NCBI RefSeq assembly: GCF_006345805.1
Contig: NC_043018.1
Span: 15,810,001 to 15,874,000, forward strand
Direction: 5' to 3'
Source: Octopus sinensis
Lineage: Eukaryota
DNA length: 64,000 bases
Each line of letters begins with the position of its first letter. Position 1 is the stretch's first letter. Under the pieces are notes generated by a model. The model saw only the letters and a program-made list of their open reading frames with translations, was not told where the DNA came from and did not search any database. The position numbers were made by a program, and so were the translations under genes. Shown here piece after piece: positions 41,510 through 54,194 of this stretch.

Positions 41510-41655
41510 ACCTGCCTTGTCAAATTCTGTGTCATGCTGAATCTCACTGAGAACTATGTTAAGAGTACATGTGTCTGTGGAGTACTCAGCCACTTGCACG
41601 TTAATTTCACGAATGCCCATCTTCGGTTGATCGGGTCAACTGGAACACTCGTCGT
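41510..41655 (+). mobile_element. SINE tail 2 fragment
   Basis: GCCTTGTCA..GTCATGCTGAATCTCACTGAGAACTATGTTAAG..CACTTGCACGTTAATTTCACG. Confidence 0.8.
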
Positions 41656-41865
41656 CGAAACTGACTGAGATCCACTTCCACTTTTCCTGCACCGTTTGAG
41701 TGCATGAATATATAAAGATTCATTACACGCACGCACACACACACACACACACACAAGCATATAACACACACACACACATTTATATATATATATACATATA
41801 TATATATAACTCTGAGAACTGGAAATCGGAGTGTTTCAATTATAATGTTACGATATATGTGTGTG

Positions 41866-42013
41866 CGTGTGTGTGTGTGTGTGCGTATGTGTGTGTGTGT
41901 TGTGCGTGTGTGCGTGTGTGTGTGTGTGTGTGCATGTGTGTGTGTGCGTGTGTGTGCGTGTGTGCGTGTGTGTGCATGTGCGTGCGTGCGTGTGTGTGTG
42001 TGTGTGCGTGTGT

Positions 42014-42056
<43 letters not shown>
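41866..42056. repeat. (TG)n with CG/CA variants, alternating purine-pyrimidine tract
   Basis: Direct reading. Confidence 0.9.
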
Positions 42057-42058
<2 letters not shown>

Positions 42059-42742
42059 CCGAGATGGCGGCGTGCATGGATAGTTAAGCATGCAGCACCA
42101 CGTCTAGAGACAATGAAGATTTGTCATGCAAAACTGATGACCACGGACTCTGTGAACGATGCAAGAAGTGGCCATCCAACCACATCCCGATCAACGAAGA
42201 ACATGGCAGCAGTACAGGAAATGTTTAATCGCAGCTCCCAAAAAATCAACACGTGAAGTAGCTCGTGAAAGTGGACTAACAAGACACACAATACGTACGG
42301 TTTTGCATAAAGAATTGAATTTTCGTCTGTGGAAACCCCATTACGTGCAGGTGCTAAAACCTGAAAATTGTGAATGTAGAAGTCCAGAAGTCCAGAACGC
42401 CAAGAATCCAGATCTCACTCCGTGTGATTTTTAGCTGTGGGGTTACACAAAAGAAGAGGTGTACAAGACAACACATCGTACACTTGAGGACTTGGAGACG
42501 TGAATTCAGGAGGTTCTCAATGATATCCCAGATGACGTCCTTCAGAAGGTTACTCATTCCGATCTTGGCCGTTTGAAGAAACTGGTTGAATGCAACCGGT
42601 GGTTATGTTGAAACATGAAGATTTACTTTCATTTTTTTAATGTAATAAACAACATGTATTATTTGCTTCAAGAAATTTGTAAAAGGAACGTGGATTCTTA
42701 ATACCAATTTTTAATGCCTACTTACTTTTCACCCACCCTATG
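42057..42742 (+). pseudogene. Internally deleted Tc1/mariner transposase relic (SPDLTPCDF-type, maT/rosa-like)
   Basis: SVNDARSGHPTTSRS..AAVQEMFNRS.QKSTREVARESGLTRHTIRTVLHKELNFRLWKPHYVQVLKPE fused to NPDLTPCDF*LWGYTKEEVY..LEDLET*IQEVLNDIP..GGYVET; ends CACCCACCCTATG before TA. Confidence 0.85.
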
Positions 42743-42758
42743 TATATATATATATATG

Positions 42759-42797
<39 letters not shown>

Positions 42798-42802
<5 letters not shown>

Positions 42803-43109
42803 GGCGCAATGGCCCAGTGGTTAAGGTAGCGGACTCGCGGTCGCAGGATCGCGGTTTCGAGCCTAGACCGGACATTGTGAGTATTTATTGAGCGAAAGCA
42901 CCTAAAGCTCCACGACGCTCCGGCAGGGGGTATGGGGTGGCGCCCCCTGTTTGTACTCTTTCGCCACAACTTTCTCTCACTCTTTCCTCTGCTGGCCTGC
43001 TCGCTTAGCCAGCGGGGTGGCGTCATTTGAAGGCTAAAACAATGCAAAGAGCATTGTGACCAGCGATGTGTAGCAACATCTGATAGCCTGGTCGGTCACT
43101 GTGATCACG

Positions 43110-43113
<4 letters not shown>
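42798..43113 (+). mobile_element. tRNA-Arg-like-head SINE, body B + tail 4
   Basis: Standard head and body B, then GCTCGCTTAGCCAGCGGGGTGGCG..GCATTGTGACCAGCGATGTGTAGCAACATCTGATAG. Confidence 0.9.
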
Positions 43114-43150
<37 letters not shown>

Positions 43151-43341
43151 CAGTCGTCATGATAGATCGTTAGCCACTACACACATTTTATTCTTTCCTT
43201 GTTTTTTTCTGTGTCCCTTTCTGTAGAAGAGCGTAGGCTCGAAACGTAAAAGACTTTTTCTCTTCCTGAGCGTTATACTAATACATCTGTTTGTTTTGTA
43301 CACCACCTGTCTTCGTCTTTTGTCTTTTTCGTAAACTCTCC

Positions 43342-43342
<1 letters not shown>
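43151..43342 (+). mobile_element. (TA)n-embedded Penelope-like terminal-repeat element
   Basis: Flanked by (TA)n; hammerhead-like fold at 43217-43252; related inverted fragment at 43378-43460. Confidence 0.5.
43217..43252 (+). ncRNA. Minimal type I hammerhead-like motif (core A6 to U variant)
   Basis: CTTT-CTGTAGA-A-GAGC-gtag-GCTC-GAAA-CG-TA-AAAG: helix I CTTT/AAAG, helix II GAGC/GCTC. Confidence 0.4.
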
Positions 43343-43379
<37 letters not shown>

Positions 43380-43468
43380 CTCAAATTTATTAAAAAACAA
43401 AAACAAAGACGAAGACATGTGTAGGAACAACTAGCCACTGCGTTTGTTTGACGCTCGGATATATATAT

Positions 43469-43519
<51 letters not shown>

Positions 43520-43554
43520 TGCAAAAAAAAATAAAAGGAATATAACATGTGACT

Positions 43555-43872
43555 TCATTGACCGAGGTTACCGTGGTCTTTTCCGTAGGCTTTTCCTTCC
43601 ACGGGTAAACCTCACCTGTCCTCCCCTTTACACTTCATATTGACATTTCTGTGATTACGATCTCTATTGATCAACTTTTTTCCTCTCCCCTTTTCTTTTT
43701 TTCCCTCTCCCCCCCTTTTTTTAAATCCTCCCCTTTTTTGTCCTCTTTCTTTCCTTTTACGATCCCTTTTGATCGAAAACCAACCCCCTTTTTTTTAACC
43801 CCAAAAGAAAAGCTCTACCTTGTAATTTGTTCTGTCTGTGTGCAGCCCTGTGTGGCTAATAAAGAAACATAT
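43555..43872 (+). mobile_element. Orphan LINE 3' UTR, probably Tx1/L1-like
   Basis: Long hairpin 43564-43613, pyrimidine tract, GCCCTGTGTGGC + TAATAAAG; same layout as the 3' UTR at 38163-38440. Confidence 0.5.
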
Positions 43873-44599
43873 ATACATATATATATTCGCGTTTTTGCTT
43901 GAAACGTTGTTACTACGCAGGAAGTATATTAGATAAAACATGTTTGCTAAAGATTCCGGCCTCGAGATCGTTAGATAAGGTAAAGACGGGAAAGACTAAG
44001 CATGTGTTTTAAGTGAACCTACTTCAATGTAAACACCACTTAAGTAAAGTGGGAGTAATGAATCATAGCGATCATAAAACTGCTTCGAATCATTAATTGA
44101 TTGATTGGTTTATTAAGAGTAACAACGATATGGAGTGATGTACTTGACGAAGGCAGACAAGTGTTATTTAGAAGACGGATGGTGAATTATTGTTTCATTC
44201 AAGTGTTTTATTGACGGAAATTAGACATTTTTACGGAACAAATGACAGATCAGAAGAGATAATATATTAGTCTACGAGCTTGAAGTTCGTAAGTTCAAAT
44301 AGCCTCCGGCAACAGACGTTATGAGACCACTTATTAAACCATTCCTCTCGAAAATATGCATTATTTCAGTAATATAAGGAACAAATTAATGAGAAGAATC
44401 TTGTCTGGTTATTCAACCTTCAAGAAGTGGTAAATTTCAAATTAAGTTCGCTCACTGGGTGAACTCAGTCATTCCATAAGATCGATATGCCTGTGTGTTC
44501 AGTGTGTGCATGTATGTATTTGTGCTCTGTATGTATCTACATTTATAGGTATGTATGTTTCTGCGTGCATATGTATGTAAGTATGTATGTATGTATGTT

Positions 44600-45430
44600 G
44601 ACGTTTATTTGTATCTCTTTTTCAGGAAGAATTTGATGTATTGAGAAACAGTCAACGGTGTTGGAGTGGCAACGGTTAAAGTTGTTGTTTAGAAAACGTT
44701 TGCTGAAATGTAGGACTGGAAGCCATCTGAATATTGGTAAAAAGTTATTATGATTCGCGCCCATATCATGACTTCTAGCCAATGATCTGTGAACACTATA
44801 ACACTATAAAGATTGTAAGAGATGACACGAACAGTTGTAGCTGAGACTACGAATCCGTGGCCAACAGGAAGGGACAAAGCTGGCGTTCTAACTGCATCCG
44901 CACGCAGAAATTCATTCCCTATTCCTTGAAAAGGGACTTAGGCTAAATGGAGATGGTTATGTGATGTTGCTGGAGACTGTGGACAGGCCCTGGCTGGAGA
45001 GGATTATTGCTAGAATACCAAATGCGTGGCAGACGGTGTCGGCTCCATGCCGTACCTCCACAAAGAGTCAGAAATGGTTGTTGAAGACTTCCTACGAAGC
45101 AGTTTCAATTTCTGGCCTCTTAATTCTATGGATTGCTCTTTGTGGGGCGTGTTTGAAATATTCCTCGACTGTTCTGCCTGCAACACCAAATCGAGTATAT
45201 CAAAGAGGTGTTCGAAGATTTTCCCAGGAATATAGCGAGGGACGCATGTCCTAGGTTCCAGAGCCTTCATGGGGCCGTGATGGAATCCAAGGGCTGCTAC
45301 TTTGAGTAAACTGCTATTTCCCAACCATAATCCAGCTGATATTTTTTGATGCCTGAAAAATACTTTTATTTTTGGATGAGATATTGTTTTCTTTTTCTTT
45401 TTATGCAAACTGTCAAATGCGAACTTGAAT
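44600..45430 (+). pseudogene. Internally deleted Tc1/mariner (DD37D-like) transposase relic
   Basis: DYESVANRKGQSWRSNCIRTQKF fused to GLRLNGDGYVMLLETV.RPWLERI..AWQTVSAPCRTSTKSQKWL, WPLNSMD.SLWGVFE, IKEVFEDFPRNIARDACPRFQS..AVMESKGCYFE*. Confidence 0.8.
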
Positions 45431-45436
45431 GTGTAT

Positions 45437-45516
<80 letters not shown>

Positions 45517-45894
45517 CATATATTGTGTGCGTGTGTGCGTGTATATGTGTATGTGTGTGTATTTATTTTTTTTTATATAATTCTTCTTTCAGTTTCTTTA
45601 CAATGTAAACGTAAATGAATAATTACCTTGGAGTTGGTTTCATGCAAATGAGAAATCGAGCTCCGAGTGTGTTGTTTTACTGTTGTTAGTGACGAGGAAA
45701 GTTTGGGTATCGATGTACGTTAACTAGAAGAGGAGAGCTTTCAAAGCCAGCCCTAAGTCCCAAATATATTAAAATATTCTGATCTCTAACAACAAGCAAT
45801 AAATATAAAACATAAAATAAATTTGTCGAAATTCCAGTTTACTTAATTGTAAAAAAAAAAACAGGTATCAATTAACCAACGGATCAGCTACAAA

Positions 45895-46094
45895 ATTAGT
45901 TTCAAAGTTTGCCACAAGGCAAACACTTTCGGGGAAGGGGTTAGGTCGATTATATCGATCCCAGTGCTAAGTTGGCATTTATTTAATCGATTCTAAAGGA
46001 TAAAAGGTAAAGTCGACGACGGCGGAATTTGAACTCGGATTGTAAAAATCAGACGAAACGCTGCCCTGCTAACGATTCAGCCAGCCCTTCGCCT
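45895..46094 (-). mobile_element. SINE family A
   Basis: GTCGATTATATCGATCCCAGTGCT..AAAGTCGAC..GGCGGAATTTGAACTC..CTAACGATTCAGCCAGC. Confidence 0.75.
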
Positions 46095-46138
46095 AATCAG
46101 CAACACATATTAATATTATTAATTTCGATTTTGCCAGG

Positions 46139-46408
46139 GTGAAGGCGCGCTACCAATTGGTTAGAGATTTTACACTCAGGGGCCTAGGATCGTGGTTTCG
46201 CTTCTGGAACTGGGCGGTGCGATATGTTCTTGTACAAACATTTGATTTAACGTTGCTTCAGTCCTCTCTCATATAAATCCTTAGCAGCAAAAACTGTAGA
46301 GTTAATCCGGTGACGTGTCAACGTCCCATTCAATGTGGAATGTTGTAATCTCAGTTACTTACACACCATCAGACCAGGTAAATCACCTGGATTATGAGTT
46401 GTAAGGCT
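46139..46408 (+). mobile_element. tRNA-Arg-like-head SINE, CORE-like body, old copy
   Basis: GTGAAGGCGC..GATCGTGGTTTCG..ATGTTCTTGTACAAACATTTGATTTAACGTTGCTTCAGTC. Confidence 0.6.
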
Positions 46409-46511
46409 AAACGCAGATTGTTTTTGAAACTTGTTTGTTTGGAGATTTTTTTAATGTTCTATCGTCCCTCATTGTTGCCCGTTTTATGTTGTTAATATAA
46501 ATGCAGTAAAG

Positions 46512-46654
46512 AAGGCGGCGAGCTGGCAGAATCGTTACCACACCGGAAAAATACTTATCAGCATTTCTTCCGACTTTACCTTCTGAGTTCAAATTCCGGC
46601 GATGTCAGCATTGCCCTTCCTTCTTTGGGGTCGACAGAATAAATACCAGTTGAA
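46512..46654 (+). mobile_element. SINE family A, 5' part
   Basis: AAGGCGGCGAGCTGGCAGAATCGTTA..TCTGAGTTCAAATTCCGGCG..GGGGTCGACAGAATAAATACCAGTTGA. Confidence 0.85.
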
Positions 46655-48038
46655 TTAATCACGTTGGATGAGTATATATTTTACGAAATTCAGCATCGCG
46701 TTTTCTCTATCGATTAATCAGTCAACTGACACATCGAGCACTATTTGATGTCTCAGTGTCTCGTTCAACTGTTCTTAATAGTGCATAAAGCTTTAACTTG
46801 TAATATGCCCTTCGGTTGCTCCATTTTCAATTTGTGGTTCTGATTGGGAACTTCAGTATATGTTTTTTGTCCTAGATAACAACAATGCGTTGTCACTAAA
46901 CTATCAACCACCTATCTGTTAGTTCATTGTAGGAGATAATACATCCCTATCCAGACGACTAGAGACGAAGCTCAGAGGATCCCGTCAACGTTGCAAAAGT
47001 TCTTCATGTTTTAAACTGATTTATTAAAGTTGGTCTTTTGTTTTCCCTATTTTCATATTTTCTGAATCTAGAGAATAGAGCACAACTCCTGCCCCTTTGA
47101 GGCCTTGCGTAACCAGTTAAATTTATGCTTATATTATATTTGCGCTCCTGCAGGACATACATGATTAAGGAGAAAATTCCAGAAGGGTGATGCTCTACCG
47201 ATTACAGATTTGCTATAGTGGTTAGTGTAAGGCAAAGGGAGTTGAATGCAACAAACGTGGTGAGATGTGGAGAGACACGGTCTGGGAGTCCTTCAGTGGT
47301 GGAGAGTCTAGACCAGTCAGATCGGATGAAATAGCGGTCTTTCTAGTAGTAAGAGAAAAGATAGAAAGAGAAGACAGCACTCGTGCGGACCAGAGACTGA
47401 CTGGGCTAAGTCCCTTAATGATGTAGTATTGGTTTGTTTTTGTTGTTGTCGTTTGATCCGAGCTAAAGGAAATCTTCAATCAATCAGATCTATCATGAAT
47501 GGCGTTCCATCTATCGCTAGTCTCGTCCTTCCTTGTTTTATATCTGGAAGGCCTTGACATAGGGGAAATTTGACTGTTACACCTGGAAGGCCAGACGAGG
47601 TATGTAAGCTTTTGCTGGTGCATTAAACGGAATTTTTGTACTAATCCTAGTTTAGTAGTTCTATTATGCAAACTGTTGAAGCTGTGGGCTTTACTTGAAA
47701 ATGATCTGTCCCGAACCGCACTAACCTAAATACATATGGTCACCTTGAACCATTTTGTGAGTAAACGGAATTGGCTGCCATTTTTAGCTCAACGCCCGAT
47801 CACATAAAGACTCCTTTGTTCAATAGATTTATTTGTTTGTTTGTTTTGACTAAGCCAAGATTAATTGCTGTTTCGCTCCAGGACAACCAAATTGAACAAG
47901 GTTTACGTCTCTGACTCAATGAATATATTAACATCGCGAAGCTTCAGAATTATAATGTAACGTGAGGAAAGAGAGAAAGAGAGAGGGAGAGAGAGACAGA
48001 GAGAGAGACAGAGAACTACTCCAGGGTATAATAAGAAA

Positions 48039-48039
48039 C

Positions 48040-48091
<52 letters not shown>

Positions 48092-48144
48092 TTATCATTA
48101 TTATTATTATGTTTATTATTATTATTATGTTTATAATTATTATG

Positions 48145-48188
<44 letters not shown>

Positions 48189-48312
48189 GTTTATTATTAT
48201 TATGTTTATTATTATTATGTTTATTATTATTATGTTTATTATTATTATTATTATTATTATGTTTATTATTATTATTTTTTAAAAATAAGAAGAAGAACAA
48301 GAAGAAGAACAA

Positions 48313-48347
<35 letters not shown>

Positions 48348-48434
48348 AGAAGAAGAAGAAGAAGAAGAAGAAGAAGAAGAAGAAGAAGAAGAAGAAGAAG
48401 AAGAAGAAGAAGAAGAAGAAGAAGGAGAAGAAGA
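48039..48434. repeat. (TAT)n with periodic GTT variants, abutting (GAA)n
   Basis: Direct reading; (GAA)n spans about 48288-48434. Confidence 0.95.
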
Positions 48435-48954
48435 ATGCTATGTAACTGATACTATTTAAACACAGTCACCTTTGCCGAAAGATGAATCAATCATGCGACC
48501 AAAGGTCTACCGGCAGAGCCACATTGTTTAACGTATTTCGTAGCTTAAGTCTATTGGGCTCGACATACGAAAACAATGTTACAAATGCGTTAAAAGGCAG
48601 CATCCTCTTAGAAGATTAACACCGAATAGAAAGACCCCCCGACACACACACACACACCGTAGTCTGTCACTGTCGGTTGCCAAAATATAAATATATAATT
48701 CAAACAGAACGTTGACCGGTATTAAATCTTGACGGGTTCTGTTTTTTATCCCACGTGACCTCTAAATCTAACATTACACCCGAGCGGGATTAAAGGGATG
48801 ACTGAGTATTAAAGCTGTATTATATTGCTGGGGGAACGGAGAGAATGCTGGGAAGGGATCTACGGGTAAGGCTTTGAAAAGATTCGCAACAGGTGAATCG
48901 GGATGAAATAGATAACAACGATAGCAAAACGAATCTGGGTATGATTTGGTGCAA

Positions 48955-49351
48955 TCTCTTTACTTGTTTCAGTCATTTGACTACGGCCATGCTGGAGCAC
49001 CGCCTCTAGTCGAGCAAATTGACCCCAGGACTTATTCTTTGTAAGCCCAGTACTTATTCTATCGTTCTTTTGCCGAAACGCTAAGTGACGGGGACGTAAA
49101 CACACCCGCATCGGTTGTCAAGCAATGCTAGGGGGACAAACACAGACACACAAACACATACATATATATATATATATACATATATACGACAGGCTTCTTT
49201 CAGTTTCCGCCTACCAAATCCACTCACAAGGCATTGGTCGGACCGGGGCTATAGCAGAAGACACTTGCCCAAGATGCCACGCAGTGGGACTGAACCCGGA
49301 ACCATGTGGTTGGTTAGCAAGCTACTTACCACACAGCCACTCCTGCGCCTA
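48955..49351 (-). mobile_element. SINE family D, full length
   Basis: Near-identical by eye to 14654-15046, differing mainly in linker length. Confidence 0.9.
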
Positions 49352-49537
49352 CATAATTTTTTTTTTTTGAACCGTGGACCAGTTTAATGGATGATAGTTT
49401 TTGCACAGACCGAGGATTCACGGAAATAACAAAACACAATAAAGTATATAATAAATGATTTATCATATATATAATACACACACGTACACTATAGATCAAA
49501 GCCTTCACAATAAGGATGATGGTGATGATGATGATGA

Positions 49538-49576
<39 letters not shown>

Positions 49577-50831
49577 GTAATAATAATAATAATAATCCGT
49601 AGATGGGATTCATAAACAGTATAATGCATCGCTACACGCGTTTCCACAAATCACAAGTTTCTTACGATCATAGTCCGTATTCCTGCAATGATTACAGTAC
49701 ATTTCATAGTATCCGTGGGCATTAAATAGATCATAGTTCATGTGTTCATTTCTCCAAGCGAGGAAAAATATGTATAAATACATATATATATATATGTAAG
49801 AATATGCGATCACCGTTTTACAAACTACTCTCTATTCGTTGAGTTCTTTAATAATTGTGAACTTACAAGGTTACTTTACTGCCTGCATGTGTGTGCGTAT
49901 GTACGTGTGCGTGTGCGTGCACGCTCGAGCGTGCGCATCATCAGTACATACATTAAAGCAAGGTTTTATATTTTCAATACGTTTCCTGTAAAAATGGAGT
50001 AACAACGATAATATATGTCAATTTCCTTTCCATCTTTTCTTTCGGTTTCGCCTTGCCTCAAGCTTCTGACGAAGAACAAAGACGAGATTTTGTGGAATAA
50101 CAGAAGCCCAAAATAAACACTGTTGCTACGTAGCATTTTCAACGATCTCAATAGACCGATGTATTTACACACACACACGACGTATACATACGCACACACA
50201 CACACATACACACATATATATATATATGCATGCGCATAGGTGCTCATATACAAGGTTTATGCAGAGATATACGTAGCTATATGCGCATCTGTGTGTACGT
50301 GTGTGTGTGTGAATAAGTGTGGCAATATATCTATCCAGGAAATTAATACACTTTATATTTTGTCACGTGCACTATATATAAAAGACATAAACACACATGC
50401 ACACATATATATATACATATATACATATATATATATATACATACACACACACATATATATATATATACATATATACATATATATATATATTTATGTATAT
50501 ATATATACACCCCACACACACATATATATATATATATATAATATATATATATACATATATATACATATATGATATATATACCCACACACACTCACCTACT
50601 TAGGCACACGTTCACCTACACATTTGCGTGCGTTCATGATACGCAATTCCTTAAATTGATTTTGCTGTGTTTGATTCCGAATCTAAAGTACATTTTCAGG
50701 TAATGAAAATTACACACACACGCACACACACACACACACGCACACACACACACACACACGCACACACACACACACACGAACGCACACACACACACACACA
50801 CAATACATACATACATACATACATACATACA

Positions 50832-50862
<31 letters not shown>

Positions 50863-52517
50863 TGGAACATAGGGGGTCGGGGATTCGGGGATTGTTTTCA
50901 ATTTTTTTTTTTCCTTTCTTCTGCCAGGAAATGCTTTATCTTACCGAATACCCTACTGCTCAGCTACTTTCAGGCACTCTATAACACTGATGTTGCTATT
51001 TCAAGAAGTCTTTTACTTAACGAAAAATTACTGCGCAAACTAAAGCACCAACCCCATCGGAACACGACGTATTTTGACTATTAATCATGTCATTAAATAT
51101 CAATTTTTTTTTGTTGTGTTCCTGTTATTTTTGTTTCTTTATTTGTTGCTTGTTAGTGTTCAGTGTGTAAAAATGGCAAATAATAAAAACAAAACTCGGA
51201 TGACACACATTCTGTTCTTGTTTGAAGTGTGTCGACATCTTTGCTGTGAAAGCACGATAGACATTTTCTTTTCAAACGGAAAAAAAAAGTATTTTAAAGA
51301 AACATCTAAAAGAAAAAAAATAGTGATGCATTGTCAATAAATTGAAGCTTGCCTCAGGTGTATAAACAGACAAAGAAATAATAAAAGAAATGGAATGAAA
51401 AAGCGTTGCGTATAACAGGAATGTATATCAAATAAAGAGAGTGAAGTTGAGACTCAACTGAAATTGCTGCGTACGTATTTATATCTTTTCTTTGAAGTAC
51501 CTGCAAGCGCGATGCATCTCACGATATTGTACCAAGTATCTCTGACTCCCATTAGTTGATAGTTGCTTACTTTCATATTATTTCTCTGCCGATAACACCC
51601 ATATAGTATGCTTTATTAAGGCACGGCAGTTTCCAAAATATAACATTTCAAAAGGGGTCCTTGTTCAGCACAATAGTAGTGGACATCAAGGCCTGTGTTG
51701 AGCAATAATTATAGGGGTGGATGGAATATGCATATAAATCTCAGTTCTGGATCTTGTCCTCACGTCAGGAAATCTCTTAGGGAACTTACATTTTTGTTTT
51801 TCGTATTTATATAGAGAAGGAGAAAAGAATACTATCATTTAACATTAGCGAATAAGTATGAATGTTGCAAGTTTTATAAATGATATTTAAGTTCTATATT
51901 CATAGAGAAATTTACAGATCTTCATTAAAGTGTTTTAAGTTTAAGATTTAATCAAATGAAAATCAAACGAGATGAATCGACGAAGAATCGAAACCGGCTT
52001 GTAAGTTTGCGGTCTGCACTCTCCAAGCTATTGAAGCTATTGATGTCTTTTTCAATGTTTTTTTTATTATTATTTTACAGACATGTTGACGCAAATTTCT
52101 ACTATTATCGTGTCAGTCAGTACAACTTGATTCGTATTGCAGGATGTCGGTGACTAAACCAGCCCGTTTCATCAAGTTTACTGATTGAGGAAAGTGTATG
52201 GGCATCAAATGAGCAAGGATTTTTTGGGGAAGCGCCAATTAACCATACCTGAAGAGTGGCCACCAAGTTATCTATCTACTGAAACACGGCAAGATGTCGC
52301 AACCATATTGCTCAAGTGTGAACTTTGGTGATGACCGGTAAATATGGAACGGAATACTGGGTTTTGTGTTGTGCTGCTACGTCCAACTTATCTGAGATGG
52401 TTGCATGTCTCAGTCCAGGGTTTGACTGGCTGAATGGTAGAGAATAAAATTGATATGGGACTACGCCCAAATTGGCTTCAAATATAATTGGTCAAATATA
52501 AATGGTCATCAAATATT

Positions 52518-52712
52518 GGTTTCAATTTTTGGCACAAAGCCAGCAATTTCTGGTGGTGAAGTTAAGCCGGTTATATTGCACCCAGTACTTATTTCATTGA
52601 CCCGAAAGGAGGAAAAGCAAAGTCGGCCTCGACGGAATTTGAAATGAAAGCGTAAAGACGGACGAAATCCCGCCAAGTATTTTGTCCCGAGTGTTAACCA
52701 TTCCTGCCCCAC
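52518..52712 (-). mobile_element. SINE family A with 14-bp TSD
   Basis: TSD GGTCATCAAATATT at 52504-52517 and 52713-52726. Confidence 0.8.
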
Positions 52713-53901
52713 GGTCATCAAATATTAGAGATTTATTTAATAACTTCTCTTTATCCTAACAGACAAACGCCCATTCTACATAGTGTCTAGATCTGCCTAA
52801 AATAACAGTTATATGTCCCTCAAGTGAAATTTACCATCTAAAACATGAAAAAAAATATCAAGCGATGTAATGTAGTACCTGATACACTGAAGTAATAAAA
52901 GACAAGTCGGTCATGGGTGGAACGCTCTAGTGTTCCTTGATCCCTGTGAGCCAGAGGCTAAACAAGAACTTATTTTTGTATCGCGTGACAAGTAAATGCA
53001 CTGCGTTTGTGAGACAGGTATCTGCATTCCTTTCACCGAATTAGACATTTTAAAAAAATATAGTAAAAAATTAAATCTGTTTTGAAATTAGTTTTTCATT
53101 TGTTTATATTTTTATTTGTTTTTCGTTGCAGCTTTACTGTTTTACTTATTTACGAAAACAGTGACTATTGCATGCTACCCATGAAACAAATAAACAAATT
53201 ATCTTATCAGCGCTGGTAACTTGTCTGGCAAATACAAAACAACATAAGTAAAATAAGGATAAAACACACGGAAACAACAACCCTTGGTCGATTATACTAA
53301 TTATAAATAAAAAAAAAATCTAACATTAAAGGAACCGAAATTAACAAGCTTTATAATCATTCCAGACAGTTGATAATAATTATAAACACATACTAAAAAC
53401 TAAACAGCCACAAATTATGCTAATAATATGTTAGCTTGAAATTTAAACGTAATTAAAATGTAAGAGAGTGTACAATAAACCGGAAGTGCAAGATATGATT
53501 TGTTATGGCGAGTTGTACAGTAGAAGTTGATGCAAATTTCGGTATTTAATTTGAATAGATTGAAAAGACTACAAAACATATTAGCTTCCATTGTTCGACA
53601 GAGTTCAGCCTTAAAACACATGAGTAATATGACTTCTTACACAATATATTTGAGCTTTCTTGCTTTTTTTCCTTTGGTTATTTGTTTAGTTTACGCTTGT
53701 TATGTTTTATGGAAATCTAGGTCATTAATCAAACAATGAAGCGTTAGGCAGGTTTAGCTGCCAAGTTTAGTCTGCTTCGTTTCAGCAAAAGAAATGGAGA
53801 CACTATGATATATATATATATATATATACAAAGAGAGAGAAAGAGAAGAGAGAGAGAGAGAGAGAGAAAGAAAGAAACAGAAAGAATAGATAGATAGAAG
53901 C

Positions 53902-53937
<36 letters not shown>

Positions 53938-53957
53938 GATAGTATATAGACAGATAG

Positions 53958-54039
<82 letters not shown>

Positions 54040-54042
54040 TAT

Positions 54043-54080
<38 letters not shown>

Positions 54081-54194
54081 TAGATAGATAGATAGATATA
54101 TATAGATAATAGATAGATAATAAACAGACACATATATAATATATATATATATATATTATATATATATATATATATATAATATATATATAACCAC

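Noticed and set aside
41866-42056. Long alternating purine-pyrimidine tracts as Z-DNA elements (also 5520-5780)
   Set aside because: Ubiquitous in this kind of genome; nothing marks these as special
47222-47479. GC-richer stretch that might be a second Tx1 C-terminal fragment
   Set aside because: Translations give no convincing motif match
48016-48312. KHNNN-repeat ORF that looks like an Asn-rich protein
   Set aside because: Reverse translation of the (TAT)n variant array
49919-49934. 16-bp perfect palindrome GCACGCTCGAGCGTGC
   Set aside because: Embedded in a GT/GC microsatellite where such symmetry arises easily
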